A stretch of 63,644 nucleotides of DNA, counting the filler, from Squatina squatina (Eukaryota), in assembly GCA_031763465.1 (NCBI GenBank). It is 4 parts of 4 records of this genome, joined end to end, with 100 filler letters (N's around TTAATTAATTAA, not from the genome) between each part and the next. Parts side by side here need not be neighbours in the genome. Positions count along the whole stretch, not along the records: positions 1 to 14,659 come from JARFOE010000057.1; positions 14,760 to 33,200 come from JARFOE010000218.1; 2 more parts are not named here. One strand, written 5' to 3'. Of the stretch, positions 13,763-25,180 are shown piece by piece. Within the stretch, counting starts at the first letter, position 1. Every line of letters starts with the position of its first letter. The notes beneath the pieces are model-generated. The model ran no database searches and was not told the DNA's origin. It saw nothing but the letters and a program-made list of their open reading frames with translations. Both the position numbers and the translations under genes were made by a program.

Positions 13763-14659
13763 CTAGAAGTGAAAGCAATACAAAAGTATTTAATCTTACT
13801 ACCAACAGACCAGTATCCCCATTGTAACAAAGTATTCAGTTATTAAAGCCCTTGAATATTAGTAGGTAACTTGTGGTGTGACAAACCCATACAGACCTTC
13901 AATTACCCAATGTGTTAAGTTAGTTGATCTCAGCGGGTGAGGAGCCGAATTCTTATGATTGAGCTTGTTCTTAAGCTTTGAGTGTGAGTGTGGGAAATCA
14001 ACCAAGGCTCCTGCTTCACAGTCAAAAGGTCATTGCTAGAAATTTTGCTTGTGTAGAGCAGAGGGCAGGATCAGTGGTGAAGCCTTCCATACTCTAAAAG
14101 CCTACCAAAACTCACTTTCTACACTCACAAACGTCCAGTTAGGTCAGGAAACAAGGGGCTGCTAGTCCCAATTAAACTATACTCAGGCAAATTTGCACCT
14201 TCAGGTGAGATCATCATTCGGACAAATTCTTCAATGTGTCACACATTACATACAAAATCCACTCCAAACTTTCAAAAAAGGATGTCTCTGAAAATGAGTT
14301 TAGTGTATATACACAAGATCTTCAAAATAAAATGCACCCAGATTTTAAACTCTTCTGGTTTTAAATGATTCACACCCAGAGACAAGATGGTCATATCCTG
14401 TTTCAAGGAATGTCTATGGTTTTTAGAAGTAACTCAGCATTAGGATAAGGAAGGCATGCTTTTCTCATTAACCTCTTCACAATCTTTCACTGCTCCCCGT
14501 TACCATCATAATTGTAACTTGTTACTGAGGTAAATCCACTTACTATACAATGTCAGCATGCCACAAAGTTTCAGCCCTGGTCCTACACTATGCAAGACTT
14601 TTCATGCATATCCTTGCGCACACTACATAAAAAGATTATAGACAAACTTATTTACCACA

Positions 14660-14759
14660 NNNNNNNNNNNNNNNNNNNNNNNNNNNNNNNNNNNNNNNNN
14701 NNNTTAATTAATTAANNNNNNNNNNNNNNNNNNNNNNNNNNNNNNNNNNNNNNNNNNNN
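14660..14759. other. Artificial scaffold-joining linker
   Basis: Exactly 44 N + TTAATTAATTAA (14704-14715; stops in all six frames) + 44 N. Confidence 0.92.
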
Positions 14760-14975
14760 TCCAAACAATCACACTATTATGTTACCCTTTGTCCTTCCCT
14801 CTCCCTTCCCACCCACCCCCACCCCTTTGCCTGTCAATGCTTTAAAACTTGCTGTGTTTCTGGCATTTTCATTTCTGACGAAGTGTCATCGACCCGAAAC
14901 GTTCACTCTGTTTTTATCTCCACAGATGCTGCCTGACCTGCTGAGTTTTTCCAGCAATTTTTGTTTGTATCCCAG
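14760..14975 (+). mobile_element. Penelope-like element end carrying a hammerhead ribozyme core
   Basis: CTGACGA-agtgtcatcgaccc-GAAAcgttc followed by ctccacagatgctgcctgacctgctgagtttttccagcaatttttgttt; the same terminus recurs inverted at 46400 and 54724. Confidence 0.7.
14870..14910 (+). ncRNA. Minimal type-I hammerhead ribozyme motif
   Basis: Core CUGACGA (14875-14881), stem II gtgtc/atc/gaccc with one mismatch, GAAA (14896-14899), palindromic AACGUU stem III and a UC site. Stem I pairing is weak in this copy. Confidence 0.6.
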
Positions 14976-15039
14976 TTTATAGAGATGTATTTATTCATGA
15001 CATCAGATAGTTCACCTGTCTCTTTCATTCCCCAGCGAA

Positions 15040-15715
15040 CAACAAATTACATTTATACAGCACCTCAGTAAAACAGCCGAAGACACTTCACAGCAGTGTA
15101 GGTCAGACCAAAATTTGACACCGAGCCACATAAGGAGATATTAGGACAGATGACCAAAAACTTGGTCAAAGAGGTAGGTTTTTAAGGAGCCTGAAAGGAA
15201 GAAAGATAGATCGAGAGGTAGAGAGTTGGAGAGGTTTATGGTGGGGATTCCAGAGCTTTGGGCCTCGGTGACTGAAGGCAAGGCCACCAATGTTGGAGCG
15301 ATGAGAATCGGGGATGCACATGAGGCCAGAATTGGAGGAGTGTAGATATCACAGGGGGTTGAGGGGCTGGAGGAGGTTACAGATATAGGGAAGGGTGAGG
15401 CAATGGAGGGATTTTTAAACAAGGGTGAGAATTTTGAAATCGAGGCATTGCCGAACCGGTTCCCTTTATCGGTCAGTGAGCCACAGGGTTGATGGATGAA
15501 CGGGACTCGGTGGGAGTTAGGATTCGGGGCAGCAGAGTTTTGGATGAGCTGAAGTTTACAGAGGGTGGATGATGGGAGGCCGGAGGGAGAGTGTTGGAAT
15601 AGTCGAGTCTGGAGGTAACAAAGGCATGGATGAGAGTTTCAGCAGCAGCTGAGCTGAGGCAAGGGCGCAGCCGGGCGATGTTACGGAGGTGGTGGGCTGT
15701 CTTGATGATTGGAGA
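15040..15715 (-). mobile_element. L2-clade LINE 3' portion
   Basis: Minus ORF HLRNIARLRPCLSSAAAETLIHAFVTSRLDYSN and SLKTYLFDQVF are typical of the L2 ORF2 C-terminus; (ttg)n-like tail near 15040. Confidence 0.85.
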
Positions 15716-15834
15716 GGGCATAGGGGCGGAGTGGGGTCTTCGGAACTCTGCTCAGGGTTCAATAAGAAAGAGACTCTCATTGATACAGTGCCTTTCCTGA
15801 TATCAGTACGTCCCACATCGCCTTCGAGCAAATG

Positions 15835-16130
15835 AAGCAATTTGAAGTGTAGTCACTGTTTTACGGTAGGAAACACGGCCCCCAAATTACACACAACAAG
15901 CTCCCAGGAACAGCAATGTGATAATGACCAGAAAGCATACTTTAGTGAGTTGATTGAGGGATAAATATTGGCCAGGATACCAGGGATAACTTGCGTGCTG
16001 TTTTTCGATATAATGACATGGGATCTTTTAGGTCCATCTGAGAGAGGAGACGGGCCTCAGTTTAACGTCTCACTGGAGCGTTAGCCTGGAATTTTGTGCA
16101 GAAGCTGCACAGTCCTTAAGACCACTCACT
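15835..16130 (-). mobile_element. DeuSINE (SacSINE1-like) fragment
   Basis: Deu-domain-like atgggatcttttaggtccatctgagagaggagacgggcctcagtttaacgtctca plus the shared tail. Confidence 0.75.
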
Positions 16131-16244
16131 GATTCAATCATGCGGTGAAGGGCAGAGCTCCATATAGTTTGTACATCATTAGCACCTTCATTATTGACTG
16201 TCTCATGAATGTTTCAGACTTGCATGAAACCTTTGCAGTCAATA

Positions 16245-17940
16245 TGAGTGCGTGTGTGGGCAGTGTGTATCTTAGTGTTTGAGTGAGTGTATGTGTTTGA
16301 GAGTCTGAGTGTGTGTGTGTGTGTCTGTGTGAGTGTGTTTGATTAAGTGTTTGAGTGTCTTTTAATGTTTGTTTGATCATGTGTGTTTGAGATTGAGTGT
16401 GAACTTGAGTGTGAGCGTGTGTTTAATGTGTGTGAGTGTGTGTTTGTGAGTGTGTGAGTGTATGTGTGAGCGTTTGAGTGTGTGTGAGTGTATGTGTGAG
16501 AGTTTGAGTGTGTGTTAGTGTGTATGTCAGTGTGTGTTTGAGTGTGTGTTTGAGTGTGTGTGAGTGTGTTTGAGAGTGTGTTTTTGAGGATGTGCGAGAA
16601 AGTGTCTGTGTTTCTGTTTTTGAGCGTTTGTTCGAGAATATATGTTTGAGAGTGTCTCTATGTGTGAGTGTAAGAGTGTGCAGATGTGTAATTGAGAGTG
16701 TGTGTGAGTGGTTGTTTGCGAGTGTGTGTATGAATGATTGTTAGTGTGTTTTTGAGAGTGTGTGAGAGTGTGTGAGAGAGTATGTGTTTCAGAATGTGTG
16801 TGAGTGCATTTTTTAGAGTTTCTGTCACAGAGTATGTGTGAGTGTGTATTTGAACGTTTATATGTGTGAGAGAGAGTGTGTCAATGAATGAGTGTGAATG
16901 TGTGCATGAATGTGTGTGTGAGTGAGTGTGGATGAGTGTGTGTAAGTGTGTGAATGAGTGTGTCAGTATGAATGTGTCAGTGTGTGTGAGTGAGTGAGTG
17001 TTTGAGTGTTTGTGAATGAGTGTGTGTGAGTTTGTGAGTATGGGTGTATGAGTGTGAGAATGAGTATGTGAGGAAGTGTGTCTGTGAGAGTTTGAATGTG
17101 TGTTTGTGTGAGTGAGTGTGCGTGTGTTTGTTTGAACGAGTGCGTATGTGAGTGAGTGAGTGCATGAGTGAGCTTGTCTGTCAGTATATGTGTAAGTATG
17201 AATGAGTGAGTGAGTGTATGTGTGTGTGTGTGTATGAGTATGAGTAAGGGCATGTGTGAGTGTTTGTGTGATTGTTGGTGAGTGTGAGTGAGTGTGCAAG
17301 TGAGTATAATAGTGTGACTGTGTGAGTGATAGTGAGTGTAAGTGCAAGTGAGTGCAAGTGAGAGTGAATGAGATTGTGAGTGAGTGTGCTTGAGACAGTG
17401 GGATTTACATTCAGGATCAGTACCAATCATACAGATTGAAACCTCCCGAATGTGCGGTGCTGTGGGTAACGTTTGAGAACCACAGATCCCTGGTTTGCGT
17501 GAGATTTTGAATCACAAGCGTTGATTGTGACTAACAGGAAGGGCCTCTCGGTGGGTTTGCTGTGTGTTTCTATGCACTGCTCAGTCAGAAACAGAGTGTA
17601 TGTGTCAGTGAGTGAGTGCGCATGGTGAGTGTATGTGTAAGTGAGTGTGTGTGTGTGTGAGTGAATGTATGTGTGTGTGAGAGTGAGTGTGTTTGAGAGT
17701 TTAGTGTTTGTGATAATGTGTGTGTATGATAGTGAGAGTGTGAGAGAGTGTGCGAGTATGTCTGTGTGTGGTATTGATTGTGTGTGTGACAGTGTGAGCA
17801 TGAAAGTTAATGTGTGTGTTCGGGTGAATGTGTCTGAGTGTGATTCTGAGAGTTCATGTGTGTGAGTGTGAGATTGAGAGTGAATGTGTTTAAGTGTAAG
17901 TCTGAGAGGGAATGTGTGCATGTGAGTGTGAGTGTGATGG
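16245..17940. repeat. Degenerate (GT)n/(GAGTGT)n low-complexity tract
   Basis: About 1.7 kb of gtgtgagtgt variants, interrupted by a unique island at about 17390-17590. Confidence 0.95.
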
Positions 17941-18127
17941 TGTCACAGGACAGTTCACGGAGCAATTGAGCCATTGTTATAAAAATGTGATCTTCATTCT
18001 TTAGTTCTCAGCTCTGAGCTGCAAACACAGGATCACAGGACAGTTACAGACCAGACCTTCAGCCATCGAGGGAGACCCGACACTCCCGCCATTACAGCCA
18101 CCAGCCTGTACCCCATAGCAGGGGTAC

Positions 18128-20335
18128 GCTAGCATAGTGGTTATGTTACTGCACTAGTAATCCAGATGCCTGGAATAATTATCTTCTCTTTCCCCTCTGA
18201 CATCGTGACATCTGTGGTCCCACGAGTATCTATCCTTGGCCCCCTCCTATTTCCCATCTACATGTTGCCCTTGGTGACATCTTCCAAAAACACTTTCCAC
18301 AAGTATGCTGACGACACCCAGCTCTACCTCACCGCTGCTTCTCTCGGCCCCTCCACTGTCTCTAAATTGTCAGACTTTCCGACATCAAGTACTGGATGAG
18401 CAGAAATGTTCTCCAATTAAATATTGGGAAGACCGAAGCCGTTATCTCCTGTCCCCACCACAAATCCCATTTGCAGGTCACTGCTCAATCCCTCTGGGTA
18501 CAATCTGTCTGAGGCTGAACCAGACTCTTCACAACCTTGGTGTGATATTTGACCCTGAGATCGGCTTCTGACCACATATTTGCAGCATAACTAAGACCAC
18601 CTTTTGCCACCTCCGCCCCTGCCTCGGCTCATCCACTGCTGGAACATTGATCCAGGCCTTTGTTACCTCGAGACTTGATAATAAAATGTACTCCTGGCCT
18701 TCCACATTCTACCCTATGTAAACTTGATGTCATCCAAAACTCAGCTGCCCGTGTTCTAACTCGCACAAAGTCCCACTCACCCATCACCTCTGAGCTTGTT
18801 GACTTACATTGGCTCCCGGTGAAGCAGCAACTCGATTTCAAATTTCTCCTCCTTGTTTTCAATTCCCTCCATGACCCCGACCGTCCCTATCTCTGTAATC
18901 TCGTTCTGCCCCACAGCCCCCCCAAGATACCTGTGCTCCTCAAATTCAGCCCTCTCGAGCATCCTTGATTGTAATCGCTCAACCAGCGATGGTGCTGCCT
19001 TCATCTGACTCGTCGCTCAGCTCTGAAACTCCCTCAATAAACCTCCCTGCCTCTGTACCTCTCTTTCCTCCTTTAAGATGCTCCTTAAAACCTGTCAAAT
19101 CCTTGACTTATAACACTCCTGCAAAATGCCTTGGGATGTTTAACTATGTTAAAGGCGCTATATTTCTACAAGTTGTTGTTGTAATGATCCAGTGACATGA
19201 GCTCAATTCCCATCAGGCAGCTGGCGAATTTAAATTCAAAAAATTAAATAAACCTGGAACAAAAAGCTAATGTAAGTAATGGTGATGAAACTACTGGATT
19301 ATCGTAAAATGGGACAACTGGTTCACAAATGTCCTTCAGGGAAGGAAATCTGCCGTCCTTATCTAGTCTGGACCATATGTGACTCCAGACCCACAGTAAT
19401 GTGGCTGACCATTAACTGCCCTCTGAAATGGTTTAGGAAACCACTCAGATGTCACAAACTGCTCCAAATAAAACAGGACAGACCACCCTACGTCAACCTA
19501 GCAACTGTCTTCGGACAAGACAAAGGCACAACCAGCCCAGTCGACCCTCCAAAGCCCTTCTCACTAACATCTGGGGACATGTGTCAAAATGGGGAGACCT
19601 GTCCCACAGACTAGTCAAGCAACAGCCTGGCTTAATCATACCATTCAGCCAATGTCTCAGAATCCACCAGCACCATCCCAGAGTTAGTGGCGGCACTGTA
19701 GAATACAGGTGGGAGGGAGTGGCCCTGGGAGTACCCAAAATTGTCTCAGACCCATGAAGTCCCATGGTCTCTGGTCAACCATGGGCAAGGAAAGTTATTG
19801 CTGGCTACCACCTACTGGCCTCCTTCAGCTGATGGATCAGTGCTCCTCCATGTTGAAGACCACTTGAAAGAAGCATTGAGGGAAGCAACAGTACTCTGGG
19901 TGGGGGATTTCAATGATCCATCACCAAGAGTGGCTCGGTAGCCCCAATACTGACCAAGCTGGCCAAGTCCTGAAGGACATAGCTGCCAGTATGAGCCTGC
20001 GGCAGGTGGTCAGAGAATAACCATGAGGATAAACCTAATTGAACTCGTCCTCACCAATATACCTGTCAGAGATACATCTGTCCATGTTTGGTGGCAGTGA
20101 TGACCGCACAGTCCATGTGGAGCCGAAATCCCGTCTTCACACTGGGCACCCCTCCATCATATTGTGTGGCACTACCACCATGGTAAATGGGATTGATTCA
20201 CGACAGATCTAGCAGCTCAAAACTGCTCATCCATGAGGCACTGTTGGCCATCAGAAGCAGCAGAATTATATTCCATCACAATCTGTACCTCGTGGCCCAG
20301 CATATCCCTCCCTCTACCATGACCATCAAGCCAAA
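18128..20335 (+). mobile_element. CR1-group LINE 5' part with tRNA-like head and APE endonuclease remnant, split by the L2 insertion at 18180-19181
   Basis: A-box TAGCATAGTGG at 18130; the head resumes at 19182 with B-box-like gagctcaattccc. Then LLTNIWGHVSKWGDLSHRLVKQQP and LLLATTYWPPSAD...LWVGDFN, which are APE endonuclease motifs. Confidence 0.75.
18180..19181 (+). mobile_element. 5'-truncated L2 LINE (RT C-terminal half to tail)
   Basis: VTSVVPRVSILGPLLFPIYMLPL...FHKYADDTQLYL (RT YADD), QNSAARVLTRTK..HITS..LHWLPVKQQLDFK, and tail aaggcgctata...ttgttgttg. Confidence 0.9.
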
Positions 20336-20339
20336 GACG

Positions 20340-21305
20340 ACCCTGCTTTTTGTGGATTGGACATATGTGGGTAGTTTTCCACATTGTCGGATAGATGCGA
20401 GTGTTGTAGCTGCATTGGAGCAGCTTGGCTAGAGGCAAAGATTGTTCTGGAGCACAAGCCTTCAGTAACACAGCCAGGATGTTGTCGGGGCCCATAGCCT
20501 TTGCTGTATTCAGTGCACTCAGCCGTTTCTTCATTTTGCGTAGAGTGAATCGAATTAGCTGAAAACTGGCTTTTGTGATGGTGGGGACCGCAGGAGCTTG
20601 CCGAGATGGATCATCCAGTCTTCATTTCTGGCTAAAGATGGTTGCAAACTCTTCATCCTTGTCTTTTACACTCTCGTGCTGGGCTCTGCCATCATTGTGA
20701 ATGTGATGATTCTTTGTGCCTGCTCCACCTGTTAGTTCCCCACTGTATGTGGCAGGACTGCAGAGCTTTGATCGAATCCATTGATTGTGGGGACACTGAG
20801 CCCTATCTGTGGTGGGCTGCTTCCACTATTTAGAATTCATGTACTCATGTGTTGCAATTTCCCGAGGTTGGCACCTCTTTTTTAGGTATTCCTGGTGCTG
20901 GTCCTGGCATGTTATTCTACACTCCTTATTGAACCCCTGGCTTGATAGTAGTGTTAGCGTGAGTGATATCCTGGGCCATGACATTATAGATTATGGTGGA
21001 ATACAAATCTGCTGCTGATGATGACACACAGCGCATCATGGATGCCCAGTTTTGAGCTTCTAGATCTGTTCTGAATCTATCCCATTTAGCACAGTGGTCG
21101 TGCCACACAACACAATAGAGTGTGTCCTCAGAATGAAGACGGGACTTCGTCTCCACAATGACTGTGTGGTTGTCAATGTTACGAAAGATGTCATGGACAG
21201 ATACATGTGTGACAGGTACTTTGGTGAGGACGAGGGCAAGTAGGTTATTCCCTCGTGCTGGTTTTTTCACCACCTGCTGCAGGACCAGTCTGGCAGCTAT
21301 GTCCA
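20340..21305 (-). mobile_element. Second copy of the same LINE family (EN C-terminus to RT N-terminus)
   Basis: Minus ORFs LQQVVKKPARGNNLLALVLT...DNHTV and LNTAKAMGPDNI...LAKLLQCSYNTRIYPTMWK..ICPIHKKQ. 20935-21305 is an inverted homolog of 19975-20335. Confidence 0.85.
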
Positions 21306-21309
21306 TCAG

Positions 21310-24300
21310 GACATAGAAATATAGAAAAAAAGAAACATAGTAAATAGGCCATTCGACCCTATGGGCCTGCTCTGTCATTCAATATGATAATGGCTGATCG
21401 GCTAATTCAGTACCATATTCCAACTTTCTTCCAATATCCCTTGATGCCTTTAGTATGAAGAAATACATGTATCTCCTTTTTGAATATATTTAATGACTTG
21501 GCCTCCACTGCCTTCTGTGGTAGGGAGTTCCACATGTTCACCACCCTCTGAGTGAAGAAATTTCTCCCCATCTCAGTCCTAAATCGCGTACCTCGTATTC
21601 TGAGAGTGTGACCCCTGGTTCAAGACTCCCCAGCCATCGGGAACATCCTCCTTCTATCTAGTCTGTCGAGCCCTGTCAGAATTGTATATGTTTTAATGAG
21701 ATCCCCTCTCATTCTTCTAAACTCTAGTGAATTAAGGTTTAGTCGACCCAATCTCTCCTGATGCGACAGTACTAACATCCCTGGAATCAGTCTGGTGAAC
21801 CTTCACTACACTCCCTCTCTGGCAATTTTTCTTTTTCGTTCCTGGGATGTGGGCATTGCTGGCAAAGCCAGCATTTATGTCCCATCCCTAGTTGCCTTTG
21901 AGAAGGTGGTGATGAGCCGCCTCCTTGAACCGCTGTAGTCCTTGTGGTGAAGGAACTCCCACAGTGCTGTTAGGGAGGGAGCTACAGGATTTTGACCCAG
22001 TGACGACGAAGGAATGACGATAGATTTCCAAATCAGGATGGCGTGTAATTTGGAGGGGAACTTGGAGGTGGTGCTGTTCCCATGCGTCTGCTGCCCTTGT
22101 CATTCTGGATGGTAGAGGTTGTGGGTTTGGGAGGTGCTGTCTAAGAAGCCTTGGTGAGTTGCTGCAGTGCATCTTGTAGATGATACTCACTGCAGCCACA
22201 ATGCGCCGGTGGTGCAGGGAGTGAATGTTTAAGGATCTGGAAGGGGTGCCGATCAAGCGGACTGCTTTCACCTGGATGATGTCAAGCTTCTTGAGTTTAG
22301 TTGGAGCTGCATTCATCCACGCAAGTGGAGAATATTCCATCACACTCATGACTTGTGCCTTGTACATGGTGGAAAGGTCCAGCCTCTGACCTGCTCTTGT
22401 AGCCACAGTGTTTATGTGACTAGTCCAGTTAAGTTTTTGGTCAATGTTGACCCCCAGGATGTTGATGGTGGGGGATTCATCAAGGGGCGGTGTTTAGACT
22501 CTCGCTTGTTGGAGATAATCATTGCCTGGCACTTTTGAGACATGAATGTTATTTGCCACTTCTCAGCCCATGCCTGGATGTTGTCCCGGTCTTGCTGCAT
22601 GCAGGCATGGACTGCTTCATTACCTGAGGAGTTGCCAATGGCACTGAACACTGCGCAGTCATCAGAGAACATCCCCACTTCTGATCTTATGATGGAGGGA
22701 AAGTCATTGATAAAGCAGATGAAGGTGGTTGGGTTGAGGACACTGCCCTGACGAACTCCTGCAGAAATGTATCCTTTCTGAGGTAAGGAGACCAAAACAG
22801 TGCACAATCCTCCAGCTGTGGTCTCAGTAAGGCCCTGTATAGCTGCAGTAAGACATCCTGTACTCAAATCCTCTTGCAGTGAAGGCCAACATGCCATTTG
22901 CCTCCCTAACTGCTTGCTGCACTTGCATGTTTGCTTTCAGTGACTGGCTTACAAGGACACCCAAGTCCCTTTATACATAAGCATTTCCCAATCTATAACC
23001 ATCTAAAAAATTCTCTGCCTTTCCGTTTTACCAAACGAATGGATAAATTCACATTTATCCAAGTTATACTGCATCTGCCATGTGTTTGTCCACTCACTCA
23101 ACTTGTCTAAATCGCCTTGAAGCCTCTTTGCATCCATGGCACAACTCACATTTCCACCGAGTATTCCCATCAGCAAACTTGGACATCTTACATTTGGTTC
23201 CCTCATCCAAATCACTGACATATATTATGAATAACTGGGGCCCAAGGACTGATACCTGTGGTACCCCACGAGTTACTGCCTGTCACCCCAGAAAAGCCCC
23301 ATTTATTTCTACTCTCTGTTTCCTGCTGGTTAACCAATTTTCAATCCATGCCAGTATATTACCCCCAATTCCACGTGCTCTAATTTTGCACACTAAACTT
23401 ATCGAAAGCCTTCACGAAATCCAAATGCACCACATCCACTGCTTCTCCCTTATCTATTCTACTCATTACATCCTCAAAAAAATCCAGTAGATTTGTCAAA
23501 CATGATTTAACTTTCATAAATCCATATTTTCTTTGTCTAATCCCATTCATATTTTCTAAGTGTCCTTTTATCACATCCTTTATAATAAACTCATGCATTT
23601 TCCCTACTACTGAAGTTAGGCTGACAAGTCTGTAATTCCCTGTTCTCTCTCTCCTTCCTTTTTAAATAGTGGGGTTCAAGTTGCCATCCTCCAATCTGCA
23701 GGAACTGTTCCAGAATCTAGAGAATTTTGGAAGATGACAACCAATGCATCCACTGATTCCATGGCCACCTCTTTTATTACCCTGGGATGTACATCATCAG
23801 GACCTGGGGGGTTTTCAGCTTTCAGTCCCATTAATGTCTCAGCATTAATTTTTTACTAATACTAATTTCCTTCAATTCCTCCTCCTCACTGGACCCCTGG
23901 TTCCCTCGCCACATTTCTGGGAGGGTATTTGTGTCCTCTTCCTTGAAGACAGAACCAAAGTACTTGTTTAGTTGCTCTGCCATTTACTTGTTCCCCATTC
24001 TAAATGCTTCTGCTTCTGACTGTGAGGGATCTGCTTTTGTCTTCACTAATCTTTATCTTTTTACATGCATGCAGAAACTTTTAATTTTGCCTTTATAACA
24101 TTTTGCCACACTTTGACCTGATTTCTTGTTGCCCTTTGTTTCTGCTGTCTTCCAAATTCACTTCCTACTGTTCTACCATCCATTTCCTGTCTGGTTTCTA
24201 TCCTTTCTGAATCCCTCTCAGGTTCCCATCCCTGCCAAGCTAGTTTGGTCCCTCCCAAACAGCACTCGCAAATTCCTCAGCGAGGATATTGGTCCTGGTC

Positions 24301-24655
24301 CTGCTGAGGCGTAACCTGGCCGGCTGATAGAGGTCCCACCTGCCCCAGAAATGGCTCCACTGCCACTGAAATCTAAAGTCGTCCCTCCTCCACCATCTCT
24401 CAAGCAACACATTTATTTGCTCCATCCTGCTATTTCTGTAATCGCCAGCACGTGACATTGGGAATAATCCAGGTTGATTTTTAATCTCTTTAAAACCTAC
24501 TTGTGGGACCTTATCACTCTTTCTACCGATGTCGTTGGCCCTGATATGGCCCAGCATCTCTGGCTGTTCATCCTCCCCGCTAAGAATATATTGCAGCTGC
24601 TCAGTGACATATTTGACACTGGCACCAGGGAGGCAACATACCATCCTGGAATCAT
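21310..24655 (-). mobile_element. CR1 LINE with ORF1 esterase remnant, RT and 3' tail; internally deleted and interrupted at 21826-22765
   Basis: ORF1-like VCCLPGASVKYVTEQLQYILSGEDEQPEMLGHIRANDIG (SGNH-esterase type), RT motifs YGFMKVKSCLTNLLDFFEDV...VDVVHLDFVKAFDK and [24 protein letters not shown], and an (acatagaa)-type tail at 21310. Confidence 0.88.
21826..22765 (-). mobile_element. 3' part of the tRNA-headed LINE family nested inside the CR1
   Basis: AGVRQGSVLNPTTFICFINDFP...MFSDDC and YKAQVMSVMEYSPLAWM...QRFKEAAHHHLLKGN*, then tail gccagcaatgcccacatcccag and a poly(A)-like end. Confidence 0.88.
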
Positions 24656-24681
24656 ATACAGATAGATATATAGATAAAAGT

Positions 24682-24714
<33 letters not shown>

Positions 24715-24720
24715 TCTATG
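24655..24720. repeat. (TA)n microsatellite
   Basis: tatatatatatacatatatatatatatatatatt. Confidence 0.9.
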
Positions 24721-24934
24721 TAAATGTTACATAGAAAAGGAAGACTTTCATTTACATAACGTTTATATAGCCAATGAAGTACTTTTGAAGAGTAGTTGTG
24801 GCGAAATGTAGGAAATATGGCTTAAAATTGCACACAGCAATATCCCACATGCAGCAATGTGATAACGACCAGATAATCTGCTCTTTTTATGATATAAGTT
24901 GATTTGTGTGCGTATGTAATTACATTTCTAAGGC

Positions 24935-25180
24935 GGTTGACTAACATCCCTGTAGGGAAGGAAAACTGCGGTCTTTTCCCGATCTGGGTCCATATGTGAC
25001 TCCAGTGCCACACCAATATGATTGACTCTTAACTGTCCTCTGAACAGCCACTCAGTTTGTATCAAACGCGCTACCAGTGGATCAGGTTTAAAGCCCAACA
25101 CCACCTTCTCCAGGGGCAGATGGGGATGGCTGATATATGCCAGCCGAGCCAGCAATGCCCACATCCTGAGAATGAATTGT
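24935..25180 (+). mobile_element. Short non-autonomous element joining the LINE's 5' head body to its 3' tail
   Basis: 24955-25045 matches 19340-19430; 25090-25177 matches the reverse complement of 21840-21925. Confidence 0.7.

Noticed and set aside
14704-14715. TTAATTAATTAA as a piggyBac target or homeodomain site
   Set aside because: It occurs three times centred in symmetric N runs, so it is an assembly linker.
16138-17921. Long His/Thr/Ser-rich ORFs (up to 229 aa)
   Set aside because: They are translations of the (CA)/(CACT) low-complexity strand, which is depleted of stop codons.
18130-18179. tRNA gene
   Set aside because: An A box is present, but no cloverleaf forms; it is a retroelement head.
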